From assembly GCA_964016885.1 (NCBI GenBank), contig OZ024749.1:13020001-13084000 (forward strand): DNA of 64,000 nt, given 5' to 3'. The stretch is from Eledone cirrhosa. Taxonomy: Eukaryota. The notes beneath the pieces are model-generated. The model searched no databases and had not been told where the DNA came from. It saw only the letters and a list, made by a program, of their open reading frames with translations. The translations under genes and the position numbers were made by a program. Shown here piece after piece: positions 30,193 through 44,996 of this stretch (positions are counted from its first letter, which is position 1; each line of letters starts with the position of its first letter).

Positions 30193-30291
30193 TCGAGGAA
30201 AGGTATTTTGATTCAAGAAATTTTTGTACATGTTCTTTTTTTGTCTCTGTTTGTTTTCGGTTTACAAACATGTTTATATGAACTGGATTCC

Positions 30292-31020
30292 TGGGAGAGA
30301 GTGGCAGAGAGTGTGGGAGAGACTGGGAGAGAGTGTGGGAGAGACTGGGAGAGAGTGTGGCAGAGAGTGTGGGAGAGACTGGGAGAGAGTGTGGGAGAGA
30401 CTGTGGGAGAGAGTGTGAGAGAGACTGTGAGAGAGAGACTGTGAGAGAGAGAGTGGGAGAGAGTGTGGGAGAGAGAGAGTGGGAGAGAGAGAGTGGGAGA
30501 GTGTGGGAGAGAGTGTGGGAGAGAGTGGGAGAGAGTGTGGGAAAGAGTGTGGGAGAGAGTGTGGGAGAGACTGGGAGAGAGTGTGGGAGAGAGTGGGAGA
30601 GACTGTGGGAGAAAGACTGTGGGAGAGAGTGTGGGAGAGACTGTGGGAGAGACTGTGGGAGAGAGTGTGGGAGAGACTGTGGGAGAGAGTGGGAGAGAGT
30701 GTGAGAAAGAGTGTGGGAGAGAGTGTGGGAGAGACTGGGAGAGAGTGTGGGAGAGAGTGGGAGAGACTGTGGGAGAAAGACTGTGGGAGAGAGAGTGTGA
30801 GAGAGTGTGGGAGTGAGTGTGGGAGAGAGTGTGGGAGAGACTGTGGGAGAGAGTGGGAGAGAGTGTGGGAGAGAGTGGGAGAGAGTGTGGGAGAGAGATT
30901 GTGGGAGAGTGTGGGAGAGAGTGGAGGAGAGTGTGGGAGAGAGAGTGGGAGAGAGAGTGGGAGAGAGGGTGGGAGAGAGAGTGGGAAAGAGAGTGGGAGG
31001 GACTGTGGGAGAGAGTGGCA
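30292..31020. repeat. (GGGAGAGAGTGT)n-type minisatellite
   Basis: Directly visible. Confidence 0.9.
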
Positions 31021-31241
31021 AGGACTATGGGAGAGAATGGGAGGAAGCGTATGGGGAGAGAGAAAGGAAGAAAGAGAGGGGGAAAGTAGTGAGAGAGAAA
31101 GGAAGAGAGAGAGGGGGGAAGAGAGGGGGGGGGGGGGTAGAGAGAGTGAAAGAGATAAATAAATAGAAAGTGTAAGAAACAACAACAGCAATAAAAATAA
31201 AAGTATTACAAGTTAAAGCAATAAATATATAAAACACACAT

Positions 31242-31337
<96 letters not shown>

Positions 31338-32193
31338 TATACATATATATATACATACATATATACATACATATATATATACATATATATACACATACAT
31401 ATTTATATACATATATACATACATATATACGTATATACATACATATATACATACACATATATATACATATATATATACATACATATATACATATATATAT
31501 ACATACCTATATATATATACATATATATATACATATATATACATATTTATATACATATAAATATACATATATATATATATACATATATATATATACATAT
31601 ATATATATACATATATATATATACGTATATATATATATATACATATATATATATACATATATGGTGGCTGCCAACTCGTTTTCGAGTACGGCCACTACTT
31701 TATATCCATGTAGGAGAACCCCTACCGATGCGCTGAACGAGTGTGACTTTTTAGTCCAACCAGCGACTTGAAAACTCTGGTACAAACACTACACTTGTGA
31801 CAATTATTGACACATAGTGCTGGGCCCATGGTACCACGTGATGACAAGTGCAGAGATATCTCCAGATATAAAGCAATGCCTGTGCCGTGAAGCTTTTATA
31901 GTGAGCAAAGGCACTGCACAAAGCCAGTCCCACTCTCTTAACCAAGATGATATTTACCAAAAAGAAGAACCACTCAACATCATTGGATACCATCAGGGTT
32001 GCAGGTGTTATATCAGAGTTTTCCTTCTCCTAGAATTCTGCCTTGACAAAGGCTGAAGGGTCATCTCTCCCGGTTATGTATATACATATATACATACATA
32101 CATATATACATACATACATATATATATACATATATATATACATATATGTATATATATATATGTATGTATATATATATATGTATATATATATAT

Positions 32194-32279
<86 letters not shown>

Positions 32280-32284
32280 ATATA

Positions 32285-32334
<50 letters not shown>

Positions 32335-32642
32335 GATATATATATACATACATACATATATATATATACATACATATATACATACATATATACATACATA
32401 TATATATTCATATATACATACATACATATATATATACATATATACATACATATATATATACATACATATATACATATATATATATACATACATATATACA
32501 TATATATATATACATACATATATATATATACATACATATATACATATATATATATACATATATACATATACATACATATATAGATATACATATATACATA
32601 TATACATATATATATACATACATACATATATACATACATACA

Positions 32643-32674
<32 letters not shown>

Positions 32675-32744
32675 CATATATATATATATACATATATATA
32701 TGTATATATGTATATACATATATACATATATATATATATACATA

Positions 32745-34216
32745 TAACTGGAAAAAAACATTCGAGCTATCACCCAGCACCACCCTCCACTATCACCCCA
32801 CTGCACAAACTCCCATTGCTGCCATTAACAAACAAACAAATTAACAACACACCAAAACAATTAAAACCATCCACTCTCGCCTCTACATTTTTGCTTAACG
32901 CCCAAGGCATCAGCCCTTCCACCAATACTCAAAAATGGAAGATCAAATTCCTGGAGGACTGGATTGATGTCCATCCAAACCACATCCCTTTCTTCGTCCT
33001 CACTGAAACCCATCTCAGTAACCTCCACTTGGAAGCCGAGGTGAAAGTGAAAAATTTCAAAGCCATCCGTGCTGATCGCGCTGGCAGAAGAAAGGGCGGA
33101 ACTGCCATTTATGTCCATAATTCTTTCTCAACAGAGGCTATGAACATATTCACTAATGGATACTGTGAGGCAGTCACTGTATTCAGTCAAACCAACAACC
33201 TATTAGTAGTTGGGCTCTATAGGCCACCCCAAACGCCTGTACCATGCTTCAAGGAATGCCTCAACAGCATAAAGTGTTTCATCCAAGAGTGTCACCCTGA
33301 CAACATCTTAATGATGGGGGACTTCAACCTCCCCGGAGTTGACTGGTCCACAAACACCCTGCCACCAGGTTCTTCTGCCTCAACCTCTGACAGGGAAGCT
33401 GTGGAATCGCTTCTTGACTTCATGGATGATTTCTTCCTATCCCAACTAGTGCTCGAACCAACGAGGTGCCACAAAAACGTCCTAGACTTAATTTTCAGCA
33501 ATCACACTGACAATATCCACAATATTGCAGTGGAGAAAACTCTACTCTCTGATCATGACATGGTTCTCTGTGATCTGAGATTCCACCGTCCAATATACAA
33601 ACCCAATGTCATTTCTCCTGTCCATCCGTTTGACGCTATGGATTTCCACAATGCAAACTGGGAAGCGATCAGTCATGATCTTGCACATGTCGACTGGTCC
33701 TTCACGCACACTCATACACCCACTAACATCAAAAAGTCCTGGCAGACATTTGTGGACACTGTTACAAACATATGTGCTAAACACACCCCATTAAGAACTA
33801 TAAACAAATCTAAGAGCAGAATCCCTAGAAATAGAAAAACACTCATCAGAAAAATTAAGAGAACGAACAAAAAAATCAACAAGCTGAAATACTGTCAGCA
33901 GCAACACATCAACTTGACTGCCATTTCATCACTAGAGATTAAAAAACATAACCTCCAAAACAACATAATGTCCCTCATCAACAATCAGAGAAGAGCTGAA
34001 GAGGCCTGGGCCATTGAGAAGATCAAACTCAATCCCAAAGTGTTCTTTTCATTTGCAAAAAAACACAAAATCACTGGCTCTACTGTCGGCCCTCTAATTG
34101 ATGAAAATGGCACTCTTCAAGACAATGCTAAAACCATGGGTGAGATACTGCAGAAACAATACTGCTCTGTTTTCAGCAATCCTGATATGGCCGATCTGGG
34201 CTGTATCGGCGCATAA
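32745..34216 (+). pseudogene. LINE ORF2 N-terminal part: apurinic-like endonuclease
   Basis: LNAQG, LTETHL, DR..RKGGG, GLYRPP, MGDFNLP, PTR..LDLIF, SDH motifs. Confidence 0.92.
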
Positions 34217-35759
34217 TTCAGCAGTAGGTCCCGATAGGTTCCCTGCTTATGTCTTGAAGGCGTGTCAACACCAACTTGCTTCTCCTCTTGCCAATCTGTG
34301 GCGGAACTCACTGGATGCTGGATATGTGCCAGAAAACCTTCTATCCCAGTCTGTTGTCCCAGTTTTCAAAAAGGGAAACAAATCCCTTGCCGTGAATTAC
34401 CGTCCAATCTCACTCACCTCTCATATCATTAAGGTATTTGAGCGAGTGGTGAGATCGCGAATGACCCACTTCCTTGAGAGTAACAATATGCTGAACTCCA
34501 ACCAGCATGGATTCCGTAATGGAAGGGATTGCCTGACGCAACTACTGCATCACTTTGATGACATTTTGAGAGCCTTGGGAGAGGGTTCCAACACTGATGT
34601 TATCTACCTTGATTTCAGCAAGGCCTTTGACAGGGTTGATCATAACATTCTACTGAGAAAGCTGTCCAATATTGGTGTCACTGGAAAGCTGCTGCAGTGG
34701 ATCAAGAGCTTCCTGTCAAACAGAACCCAACATGTTGTAGCTGAGGGAGTCAAATCAAGCCCAGCCAAAGTCAGTAGTGGAGTCCCACAAGGCACTGTGT
34801 TGGGCCCACTTCTCTTCATCATCTATATTAATGACATCACTGACATCATCAAACACAGCAACATTAAAATTTTCGCTGATGATTCCAAGCTCCAAAAGGT
34901 CATCAATGGCGTGGATGACCGGATAAGCCTTCAGTCAGACCTACTGGCTGTTACCCAATGGGCAGAAAAGAACAACATGTTACTGAACGAAGACAAATTC
35001 GAACTGATCCACTTTGGAAAAGAGGATGCTCTGAAACTCCCGTACTCCCTTCCCTCCGGGGAAACTCTCGTGGCATCTAACAACATCAGAGACTTGGGAG
35101 TAACCGTGGACAGCAACATAAGCTGGACCACGCATATAAGCAGCAAAGTTGACATGGCCCGCAGAATGTGTTCCTGGATCCTCAGAACCTTCCAGTCGAG
35201 AGATTCCCGCACCATTATCCTTCTCTTCTCTACTTTCGCCCGACCACACCTTGAATACTGTTGTCCACTGTGGTCTCCCCACACGAAACAAAGTATCATG
35301 AAACTTGAAGCTCCTCAAAGGGCAATCACGAAAAAGATAGATGGCATGTCAGACCTTGACTACTGGGGTCGATTGGAAAACCTGAAACTTTACTCACTCC
35401 AACGTCGCCGTGAGCGTTATATTATCTGCATGATGTGGAAAATGTTCCATCATCACTGCCCAAATGATGTTGGCATCGCCTTCAAGATACACCCAAGGCT
35501 TGGGCCCCGTGCTATCCGTCCCATTCAAAAATCTAAATCGCAACTCATAACAACAATACGGCACAATTATTTCACCTCAATCGGCCCTGCTCTCTTCAAC
35601 ATCACACCAGGACACGTCAAAACAGAAACTGACCACACAAAATTCAAGAAGTCTTTGGACAAATTCCTCCAAGTAATCACGGACAAACCACCCACACCCG
35701 GATATGTCTCCGCAAACAGTAATTCTCTTCTCGAATGGGCCATGGTGCCCAAATCCTGA
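34212..35759 (+). pseudogene. LINE ORF2 C-terminal part: reverse transcriptase (frameshifted relative to APE)
   Basis: GPD, PVFKKG, NYRPISLTS, QHGF, YLDFSKAFD, GVPQGTVLGP, FADD, RDLGV. Confidence 0.95.
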
Positions 35760-35845
35760 ATTGAAAGACTTCGCCAGGTGGTGCTATTAAGTTAGACATG
35801 GCCTGGGCCAATACTGGCCAAAACATTTCAAAGTTATTCAAAGTT

Positions 35846-36173
35846 ATATATATATATGTATATATGTATATACATATATACATATATATATATATACATA
35901 TATACATATATATATAAATATACATACATACATATATACATATATACATATATATATACATACATACATATATATATATATACATATATACATATATATA
36001 TACATACATACATATATACATATATACATATATACATATATATATACATACATACATATATATATACATATATACATACATATATATATACATATATACA
36101 TATATATATATACATACATATATATATATAGATACATATATATATATACATATATATATACATACATATATAT

Positions 36174-36218
<45 letters not shown>

Positions 36219-36443
36219 CATATATATATATACATACATATATATATACATATATATATATACATACATATATATATACATATATATATATACATACATA
36301 TATATATATACATATATATATACATATATATATACATATATACATGCATATATATATACATATATGTATACATACATATATATACATACATACATATATA
36401 TATACATACATATATATATATACATACATATATATATACATAC

Positions 36444-36476
<33 letters not shown>

Positions 36477-37244
36477 CATATATATATACATACATATATA
36501 TATATACATACATATATATATATATATATATACATATATATATACATACATATATATATATACATACATATATATATATATATACATATATATACATACA
36601 TATATATATATACATATATATATATATACATATATATATACATACATATATATATACATATATATATACATACATATATATATACATATATACATATATA
36701 TATACATATATACATATATATATACATATATACATATACATACATATATATATACATATATACATATATATATACATATATACATATATATATACATATA
36801 TACATATACATACATATATATATACATATATACATATACATACATATATATATATATATATACATATATACATAAAATATATACATGCATATATATACAT
36901 ACATATATACATACATATATATACACACATATATATATATATACATACATATATACATATACATACATATATACATATACATACATATATACAAATATAT
37001 ATATATATACATACATATATACCTATATATATATATACACATACATATATACAAATATATATATACATACACATATATATACACACATACATATATATAT
37101 ACACACATACATATATATGTACATACATATATACATATACATACATATATATATACATACATACATACATACACATATATACATATATATATATACACAT
37201 ATACATATATATACACATACCTATATATATATATATACATATAT

Positions 37245-37308
<64 letters not shown>

Positions 37309-37350
37309 ATATACATACATACATACATACATACATACATACATAGATAT
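35846..37350. repeat. (TA/TACA)n microsatellite (similar tracts 31240-31660, 32078-32745, 41445-41995, 44440-45550, 50420-51355, 52975-53370, 53965-54285)
   Basis: Directly visible. Confidence 0.95.
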
Positions 37351-37579
37351 ATAACCTTCCTATAGGAAAATCTGCTTCGTAGAATCGAGACGTATCCGAA
37401 GATCGCGCGATTCCAGAGTCAGGTTTGATCACCATATCGATCGTACCTCGAGCTTGTCCAATAAATTCCTTTCGTCGCAACACTGATTCTCTTTTTTCTG
37501 TGATATCATACTCTGCTCTACGAGGGCATCGAGTTCTCATACGGCCTACCGCATACGGACGCTTTAAGCATCCAACACC

Positions 37580-37619
<40 letters not shown>

Positions 37620-37622
<3 letters not shown>

Positions 37623-37671
37623 ATAACTATGCCGGGGTGGAGTAAGTGGGTTGATGGCAAAGGAATATATG

Positions 37672-37725
<54 letters not shown>

Positions 37726-37780
37726 CAACATATATTCCTTTGCCATCAACCCACTTACTCCACCCCGGCATAGTTATCTT
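37620..37780. repeat. Perfect ~57-bp-arm inverted repeat around (TA)n
   Basis: AGATAACTATGCCGGGGTGG..GTTGAA (TA)n TTCAAC..CCACCCCGGCATAGTTATCT. Confidence 0.95.
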
Positions 37781-38032
37781 TATCAAAACATCTCAATTTT
37801 ATCGATCTGAAATATTAAACTGTCAAAATAAATAAATAAATGAATGAACAAGGAAAGAAAGAAATATACAAAAACTTCCAATAAAACAAAATAAATAAAA
37901 GACAAAACACAATTATAATCAGATAAATTTATCTTCATTATTCGGTGTGTTTAATTCGAAGATCGATAAAATAGAGTTAATAGCAATTTTAATTGATCAC
38001 ATGTATATGTATAATCAACTAGTGATTAACCA

Positions 38033-38096
38033 ACGTAGGCCGGCTGAAAGGTTCATAGGCTGACTATGAAGGGGTGATGCTAGCGCTGTGAAATCT

Positions 38097-38100
<4 letters not shown>
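38033..38100 (+). mobile_element. Mariner-like MITE terminus
   Basis: GGCTGAAAGGTTCATAGGCTGACTATGA matches the reverse complement of 60085-60152. Confidence 0.6.
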
Positions 38101-38135
<35 letters not shown>

Positions 38136-38778
38136 AAATAAAATAAATAAGTCAAATGTTTAAAATTTGGCTTCGATTATTACTGCGGTAATAAACGAAG
38201 CCAAAATACTTCTTCATACATCTCAATAAAAAGAGATCGCTTAAAAAATCTAATTCAGAGAAGCAAGTACATATAAAACGTCTTATAGAAAGTCATAGAG
38301 TGAGGGATTATTGTAGAGGTTTCTCTCCTTGAGGACAAATTATTTTATCCTGACTGTATTTTCAAAGCCCAAACGAATATTCAATGGACCGTCCTTCAAT
38401 AGGCGGATATGGCCACCGTTAACAGAATTGTCTTCTATTCAGAATATTAATTCTAAAAGGTATAAGAAAATAAAAAAATATATATTTACTTACACGTTAA
38501 TAGAACACGTTTTGTTCATTTCTTCATTGAACCGGCGTGGTGTACGAAATGAATCTTGCACGCATGCGTAGAACTACGCAAGATTAATTTCGCACGCGCA
38601 CAGACACATTAATTTAGAATAAGTCGTCTTCAAATACATCAAGAGATAAAGGTAGGTGAAGACATTTTTACAGCTCAAAATTTGTTGTATTTATAGTTTT
38701 CTTGGTGTCACATTTTATAACTACGATGTTAACTCTGGACTTAATGTTTGTTTTTAACTTTCGATCCATTGAGTGCTT

Positions 38779-38833
<55 letters not shown>

Positions 38834-39067
38834 TAGAAGCTTTTGCTGTATCTTTTTTTTACTATAGAAATTTTAGCTTGATAGAACCTTTAGAACCTTC
38901 AAAGAAATGCAAAAGGATGAGTATTGACGACATGGTAGTCGAATCCGCATCTTTGGTTATCAAAGAAGTAGATTCGATTCCCATCTACGTCAATACTCAA
39001 ATATGTTTATTTTCAAACACGCTCGCTGTTACAAAACAAACTTACTTATATATATATATAACAATGA

Positions 39068-39197
39068 AAGTGTGGTAAGGAACCAGGTGGACCATAACGC
39101 ACCAGAATATTCGAGACTTAGGGTAGTAGAGTGGGTAATAGGAAAAGAGTCAGGACCCCGACGGCTGAGCTCCGGCTGTTTCGACAGCTAGATCCGA
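39068..39197 (-). mobile_element. Dispersed pseudo-LTR-like repeat carrying the 3' half of a hammerhead (other copies 42001-42150, 48813-48940)
   Basis: GTGGTAAGGAACCAG.TGGACCATAACGCACC..CTTAGGGTAGTAGAGTGGGTAATAGGAA x3; minus strand GCCGTC-GAAACGGC..GCCG-TC-GGGG. Confidence 0.75.
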
Positions 39198-39229
39198 ACC
39201 GTTCGGATCCTGACTCTTTTCCTGGCAGG

Positions 39230-39576
39230 TCGCTTTTTTTCTCTCTCTCGTCTACGATTTCACAGAACTTACGTTCACCGAATTCACAGACTAGATTCCT
39301 TCTTCCTCCCGTTAGACCTGTGCGGAATTCCTTCCTTGTTCATCTTCCAACCAGGTTTGGTGGTCTTTATTCTCTCTCGTTCACGATTTCACCGAATTTA
39401 AATTCATAGAAATTTGGGACTTGACTCCTTCTTCCTCACTTTTCGTTGCTTCACCATTTTGTTTGTTTACACTCGTGTCCCCTTTATTTACGTGTCCCAA
39501 CGACTTTTTTTAGCCGTTGCTCGCACCAACCGGAGGTATATGGTCGTTAAAGCGATGAAATACCAATGATGGTTGG
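39230..39576 (+). mobile_element. Truncated copy of the non-coding 'permuted-hammerhead' element
   Basis: Homologous to the reverse complement of ~49735-50090; ends inside the motif. Confidence 0.8.
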
Positions 39577-41283
39577 TAGTGTTAGTAGTTGTGAGATGGT
39601 GGTAGTGGTTGTGGGATGGTGGTAGTGTTAGTGGTTGTGAGATGGTGGTAGTGGTTGTGAGATGGTGGTAGTGTTAGTGGTTGTGGGATGGTGTTAGTGT
39701 TAGTGGTTGTGAGATGGTGGTAGTGTTAGTGGTTGTGGGATGGTGGTAGTGTTAGTGGTTGTGAGATGGTGGTAGTATTAGTGGTTGTGAGATGGTGGTA
39801 GTGTTAGTGGTTGTGAGATGGTGGTAGTATTAGTGGTTGTGGGATGGTGGTAGTGTTAGTGGTTGTGAGATGGTGGTAGTGTTAGTGGTTGTGGGATGGT
39901 GGTAGTGTTAGTGGTTGTGAGATGGTGGTAGTGTTAGTGGTTGTGAGATGGTGGTAGTGGTTGTGAGATGGTGGTAGTGTTAGTGGTTGTGGCATGGTGT
40001 TAGTGTTAGTGGTTGTGAGATGGTGGTAGTGTTAGTGGTTGTGAGATGGTGGTAGTGTTAGTGGTTGTGAGATGGTGGTAGTGTTAGTGGTTGTGGGATC
40101 GTGGTAGTGTTAGTGGTTGTGAGATGGTGGTAGTGTTAGTGGTTGTGGGATGGTGGTAGTGTTAGTGGTTGTGAGATGGTGGTAGAGTTAGTGGTTGTGA
40201 GATGGTGGTAGTGTTAGTGGTTGTGAGATGGTGGTAGAGTTAGTGGTTGTGGGATGGTGGTAGTGTTAGTGGTTGTGAGATGGTGGTAGTGTTAGTGGTT
40301 GTGAGATGGTGTTAGTGTTAGTGGTTGTGAGATGGTGGAAGTGTTAGTGGTTGTGGGATGGTGTTAGTGTTAGTGGTTGTGAGATGGTGTTAGTGTTAGT
40401 GGTTGTGAGATTGTGGTAGTGTTAGTGGTGGTAGTGTTAGTGGTTGTGGGATGGTGTTAGTGTTAGTGGTTGTGAGATGGTGGTAGTGGTTGTGAGATGG
40501 TGGTAGTGTTAGTGGTTGTGGGATGGTGGTAGTGTTAGTGGTTGTGAGATGGTGGTAGTGTTAGTGGTTGTGGGATGGTGGTAGTGTTAGTGGTTGTGAG
40601 ATGGTGGTAGTGTTAGTGGTTGTGAGATGGTGGTAGTGGTTGTGAGATGGTGGTAGTGTTAGTGGTTGTGGCATGGTGTTAGTGTTAGTGGTTGTGAGAT
40701 GGTGGTAGTGTTAGTGGTTGTGAGATGGTGGTAGTGTTAGTGGTTGTGAGATGGTGGTAGTGTTAGTGGTTGTGGGATCGTGGTAGTGTTAGTGGTTGTG
40801 AGATGGTGGTAGTGTTAGTGGTTGTGGGATGGTGGTAGTGTTAGTGGTTGTGAGATGGTGGTAGAGTTAGTGGTTGTGAGATGGTGGTAGTGTTAGTGGT
40901 TGTGAGATGGTGGTAGAGTTAGTGGTTGTGGGATGGTGGTAGTGTTAGTGGTTGTGAGATGGTGGTAGTGTTAGTGGTTGTGAGATGGTGTTAGTGTTAG
41001 TGGTTGTGAGATGGTGGAAGTGTTAGTGGTTGTGGGATGGTGTTAGTGTTAGTGGTTGTGAGATGGTGTTAGTGTTAGTGGTTGTGAGATTGTGGTAGTG
41101 TTAGTGGTGGTAGTGTTAGTGGTTGTGGGATGGTGTTAGTGTTAGTGGTTGTGAGATGGTGGTAGTGGTTGTGAGATGGTGGTAGTGTTAGTGGTTGTGG
41201 GATGGTGGTAGTGTTAGTGGTTGTGAGATGGTGGTAGTGTTAGTGGTTGTGGGATGGTGGTAGTGTTAGTGGTTGTGAGATGG
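39577..41283. repeat. 26-bp minisatellite (GTGGTAGTGTTAGTGGTTGTGAGATG) with 679-bp higher-order duplication
   Basis: Variants GGCATGG, GGGATCG and GATTGTGG each recur 679 bp apart. Confidence 0.95.
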
Positions 41284-41439
41284 GATTGCTGGTTGGTGGG
41301 GTGATGTGTTGGTGTATTAGTGGTGGTGTCGATGGTGGTAGGATTAGTGGTGGTGTGCAGAAAGGCGGAGAAAGGGATTTACAGTTCTGATTAACAAGGA
41401 ATGTGTACAATATATTTCGTTAAATCCCCTCTCTTGCTC

Positions 41440-41500
<61 letters not shown>

Positions 41501-41941
41501 CTATATTTATATATATGTATATGTTTGTGTGTATATATATGTATACATATGCCTATGTATATATATATATAATATATATATATACATATATATAAATATA
41601 GATATATATGTATATATATGTCTATGTATATATATATGCATTCATATACATAATACATGTGTGTGTATATATATATATATATATATGTGTTTGTGTGTAT
41701 GTATATATATATATATGTGTGTGTGTATGTATATATATGTGTGTGTATGTATATATATGTGTATGTATATAAATATGTGTGTATATATGTGTGTGTGTGT
41801 GTGTATGTATATATATATATGTGTGTGTGTGTGTGTGCATGTGTGTATGTATATATATATATATATATATATGTGCTTTTTTGCATGTGTATATATATAT
41901 ATGTATATATATATATATGTATGTGTGTATGTATATATATT

Positions 41942-41998
<57 letters not shown>

Positions 41999-42145
41999 AG
42001 GTGTGGTAAGGAACCAGATGGACCATAACGCACCAGAGTACTCAATACTTAGGGTAGTAGAGTGGGTAATAGGAAAATGTTTAACTCCGACGGCAGAAAT
42101 AGCCGTCGAAACGGCTTGAGCTCTGCCGTCGGGGTTAAACATTTT

Positions 42146-42204
<59 letters not shown>

Positions 42205-42674
42205 GTATGTATGTATAAATGTATATATACACATATACGCTAACAGTTAGAATAATAGTAATATGAAAGTTGATGAAGAAGAAGCATTTTTTTTTAAATA
42301 AACAAAAAATAAAACTAAATAAATAAATAAAATTCCTGACGAGCGCATGTTTAAGTGATTATGAAACGTCGGTTGTAGTTGTGTGGAGGATATTAATGTC
42401 TGAAAAGTTAACAAACTGGAATCTAATTTGACATTGTTAAACAAATAAATCTAATTTCGTGTCAAAGACAATAATATTTATCTCTGTGTTTCGTCAATAA
42501 ATTTCATCTATGTAAACATGTTTTAGATTTTTACAGACTTGTAGTATAGAAATGTTAAAAACATTTCGGGTCGGTGTGGAGGGGTTTGTGGTGTGGGGTG
42601 GGTGTGTAGAAATGTTTCTTTCGTCTGTTGTAGCTACTGTTGTTGTTGTTTCTTATAATTATTGTGGGGTCGGT

Positions 42675-43190
42675 GGTGGATTAGACAGGATCGGTGGAGC
42701 ATCGAACAGAAAGCTTTGCTGTATTTAATTATGTCGTATTTATTTTTTATTTTTTTAGTTCAAATCCCACGATTTCATTTTTGCCTTTCATCTTTCCTAG
42801 GTCGATAAAATCAAGCATCAGTCAAGTTCTATGTTCGATATAATCGACCCCCCGCCGCCAAGTTAGAAATCATTATTATAATAGTTAACAGAATGGGTTG
42901 GTAGAGTCGTTAGTATTATTTGTTCTGGCTCTTGTGCCATATAGTTACGTCCCTTTACGTTCGGAGTTCACATCCCACCGAGATTAATTTTGCCTACACA
43001 ATTAGGAGGTCAATAAAATAAAGTACCAGTAACACACTAGGATTGATTTGATTGACTTTTCCACCTCCCAAAACTGTTGTCCTGCCTAAACGAGAAATCA
43101 TTATTTGTTCTGGCTCTTTACGCCCTGATATCAAATCCTACGAAAACCAACTTTGCCTTTCATTTTTCTGGAGTCGATAAAATAAAGTAC
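42675..43190 (+). mobile_element. Cluster of three degenerate tRNA-SINEs
   Basis: Three B-box plus GTCGATAAAAT / GTCAATAAAAT cores. Confidence 0.8.
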
Positions 43191-43696
43191 GATGGATTCT
43201 TCGTTGAGTTTCTGGTTTAGTGACAAAATGTCATGCTTACTACAAGAACAGCTTCAATTACTGTGTTTCACTGGCATATTTGTAATATGTGCTTCCATAT
43301 TTTTAGCACAAGAGGAGCTGAGCTTAAGACAACGTCTATTAAAACTTTTGTCTATAAGTGTGGCTGATAGGACAGCGAATATCTTTGAAAGCCGGGGATT
43401 TCCTGCTTGTATTAATTTGAAGGATTATGGAAAAGGCGAGGATTGAACCATGGTATCTTTCTAGGCCTGTCCTAGACAGAGTGGTTTGTGTGTTTAGGGT
43501 GTAGAAAATCACTTCACTATCACCTTTAGTGCCATTGTAATAATGGGCCATATTTTTAAAAGAAAGAGAATAGATTGAAGATTTTTTTGCTTTCATAAAC
43601 AATAAAATAAGAAGAATATTATTCTCAGGCGAGGGAGCTCTGTGGAATGATTGTACAAGGAGAGAAGACGACTACAAAGCAGAAACGGGTCTAATA

Positions 43697-43950
43697 ATGG
43701 TTTCTACTTTTGGCACAAGGCCAGCAATTACCCAGTGTATTACTGGTACTTTATTTTATCGATCTCCGTAAAGATGAAAGGCAAAGTTAACCTCGGCGGG
43801 ATTTGAACTCAGAATGGCAAGGGTCGTAATTCTATGTTTGGCGTCCGACCCTCTACCGATACTGCCAATCCAATAGTAATAATTGTTTCTACGTTAGGCA
43901 CAAGGCCAGCAATTACCCAGTGCATTACTGGTACTTTATTTTATCGACCC
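43697..43950 (-). mobile_element. Full tRNA-SINE (43697-43872) plus adjacent 3' fragment
   Basis: Reverse complement of the 27170 SINE. Confidence 0.9.
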
Positions 43951-44490
43951 CAATCCAATAGTAATAATGAAGTGTTTTGTTCTTTGTTAGAGACCAACCA
44001 ATTCTCTGTAGAAAGGATTCAAAGAAAATCGAAAAAAAGCATGTACAAAAACACACACACATTCACACCACACATATACATACATATACAAGGGCCTTGT
44101 TTCGGGGGGGGGGGGGGCACTACGGGACAAGTCTTGACGGATTACGTCTACCAGCCAAAATATATTGTCATCGAGATTGGAATACAGAACAAAAAGAGAA
44201 GCAAGAAAGAATGCAAATCACCTCATTTAACGACCTCGTTGGGTACTTTAAGGTAGCATACCCCGATGAAGAGGGTACATCGACGTCGGCGGGATTCATG
44301 TGCAGAACCCAGAATAAATACCACATGGCATTTTATCTTACGCTCCAAAGATTTACCGTCTAAATTACCTAAGGTGAATATATATGTGTGTGTGTGTGGA
44401 TGCTTGTAAAATTGCATGCATGTGTGTATGCATGTTTGTATGTGTGTATGTATATATGTATATATGTACGTACGTATTTATGCATTTATG

Positions 44491-44521
<31 letters not shown>

Positions 44522-44527
44522 ATATAC

Positions 44528-44584
<57 letters not shown>

Positions 44585-44589
44585 TATAT

Positions 44590-44632
<43 letters not shown>

Positions 44633-44842
44633 CGCATGCATATATATTTTGTCATCGCATACGCTTCACTATATATGTATGTATACAAACATACAAAAGC
44701 ACACATATATGTACTTACACGAACACACATAAACAGTGAAATACACATGTATGTATAAAATATACATGTTATTTGACACTTAAGATTAAGAATGGAATGA
44801 GAGTATATATTTTAACAAATGTCAGCACTATATACACATATG

Positions 44843-44996
<154 letters not shown>

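Larger units (their letters stand above)
32745..35845 (+). mobile_element. CR1/L2-group LINE (ORF2 + short 3' UTR with TTCAAAGTTA tandem tail) inserted in (TA/CA)n
   Basis: APE and RT ORFs; simple-repeat tail at ~35827-35846; microsatellite on both sides. Confidence 0.92.

Noticed and set aside
31661-32077. ~415-bp unique island (also 37350-37583 and 53390-53800)
   Set aside because: Probably repeat fragments, but no motif or ORF that could be assigned from sequence alone
39577-41283. Interstitial telomere
   Set aside because: Unit is 26 bp with TTAGTGG, not tandem TTAGGG
42330-42375. CTGACGA..GAAACGTC hammerhead candidate
   Set aside because: Stems I and II too weak; a similar relic at ~44260-44292 lacks an intact core
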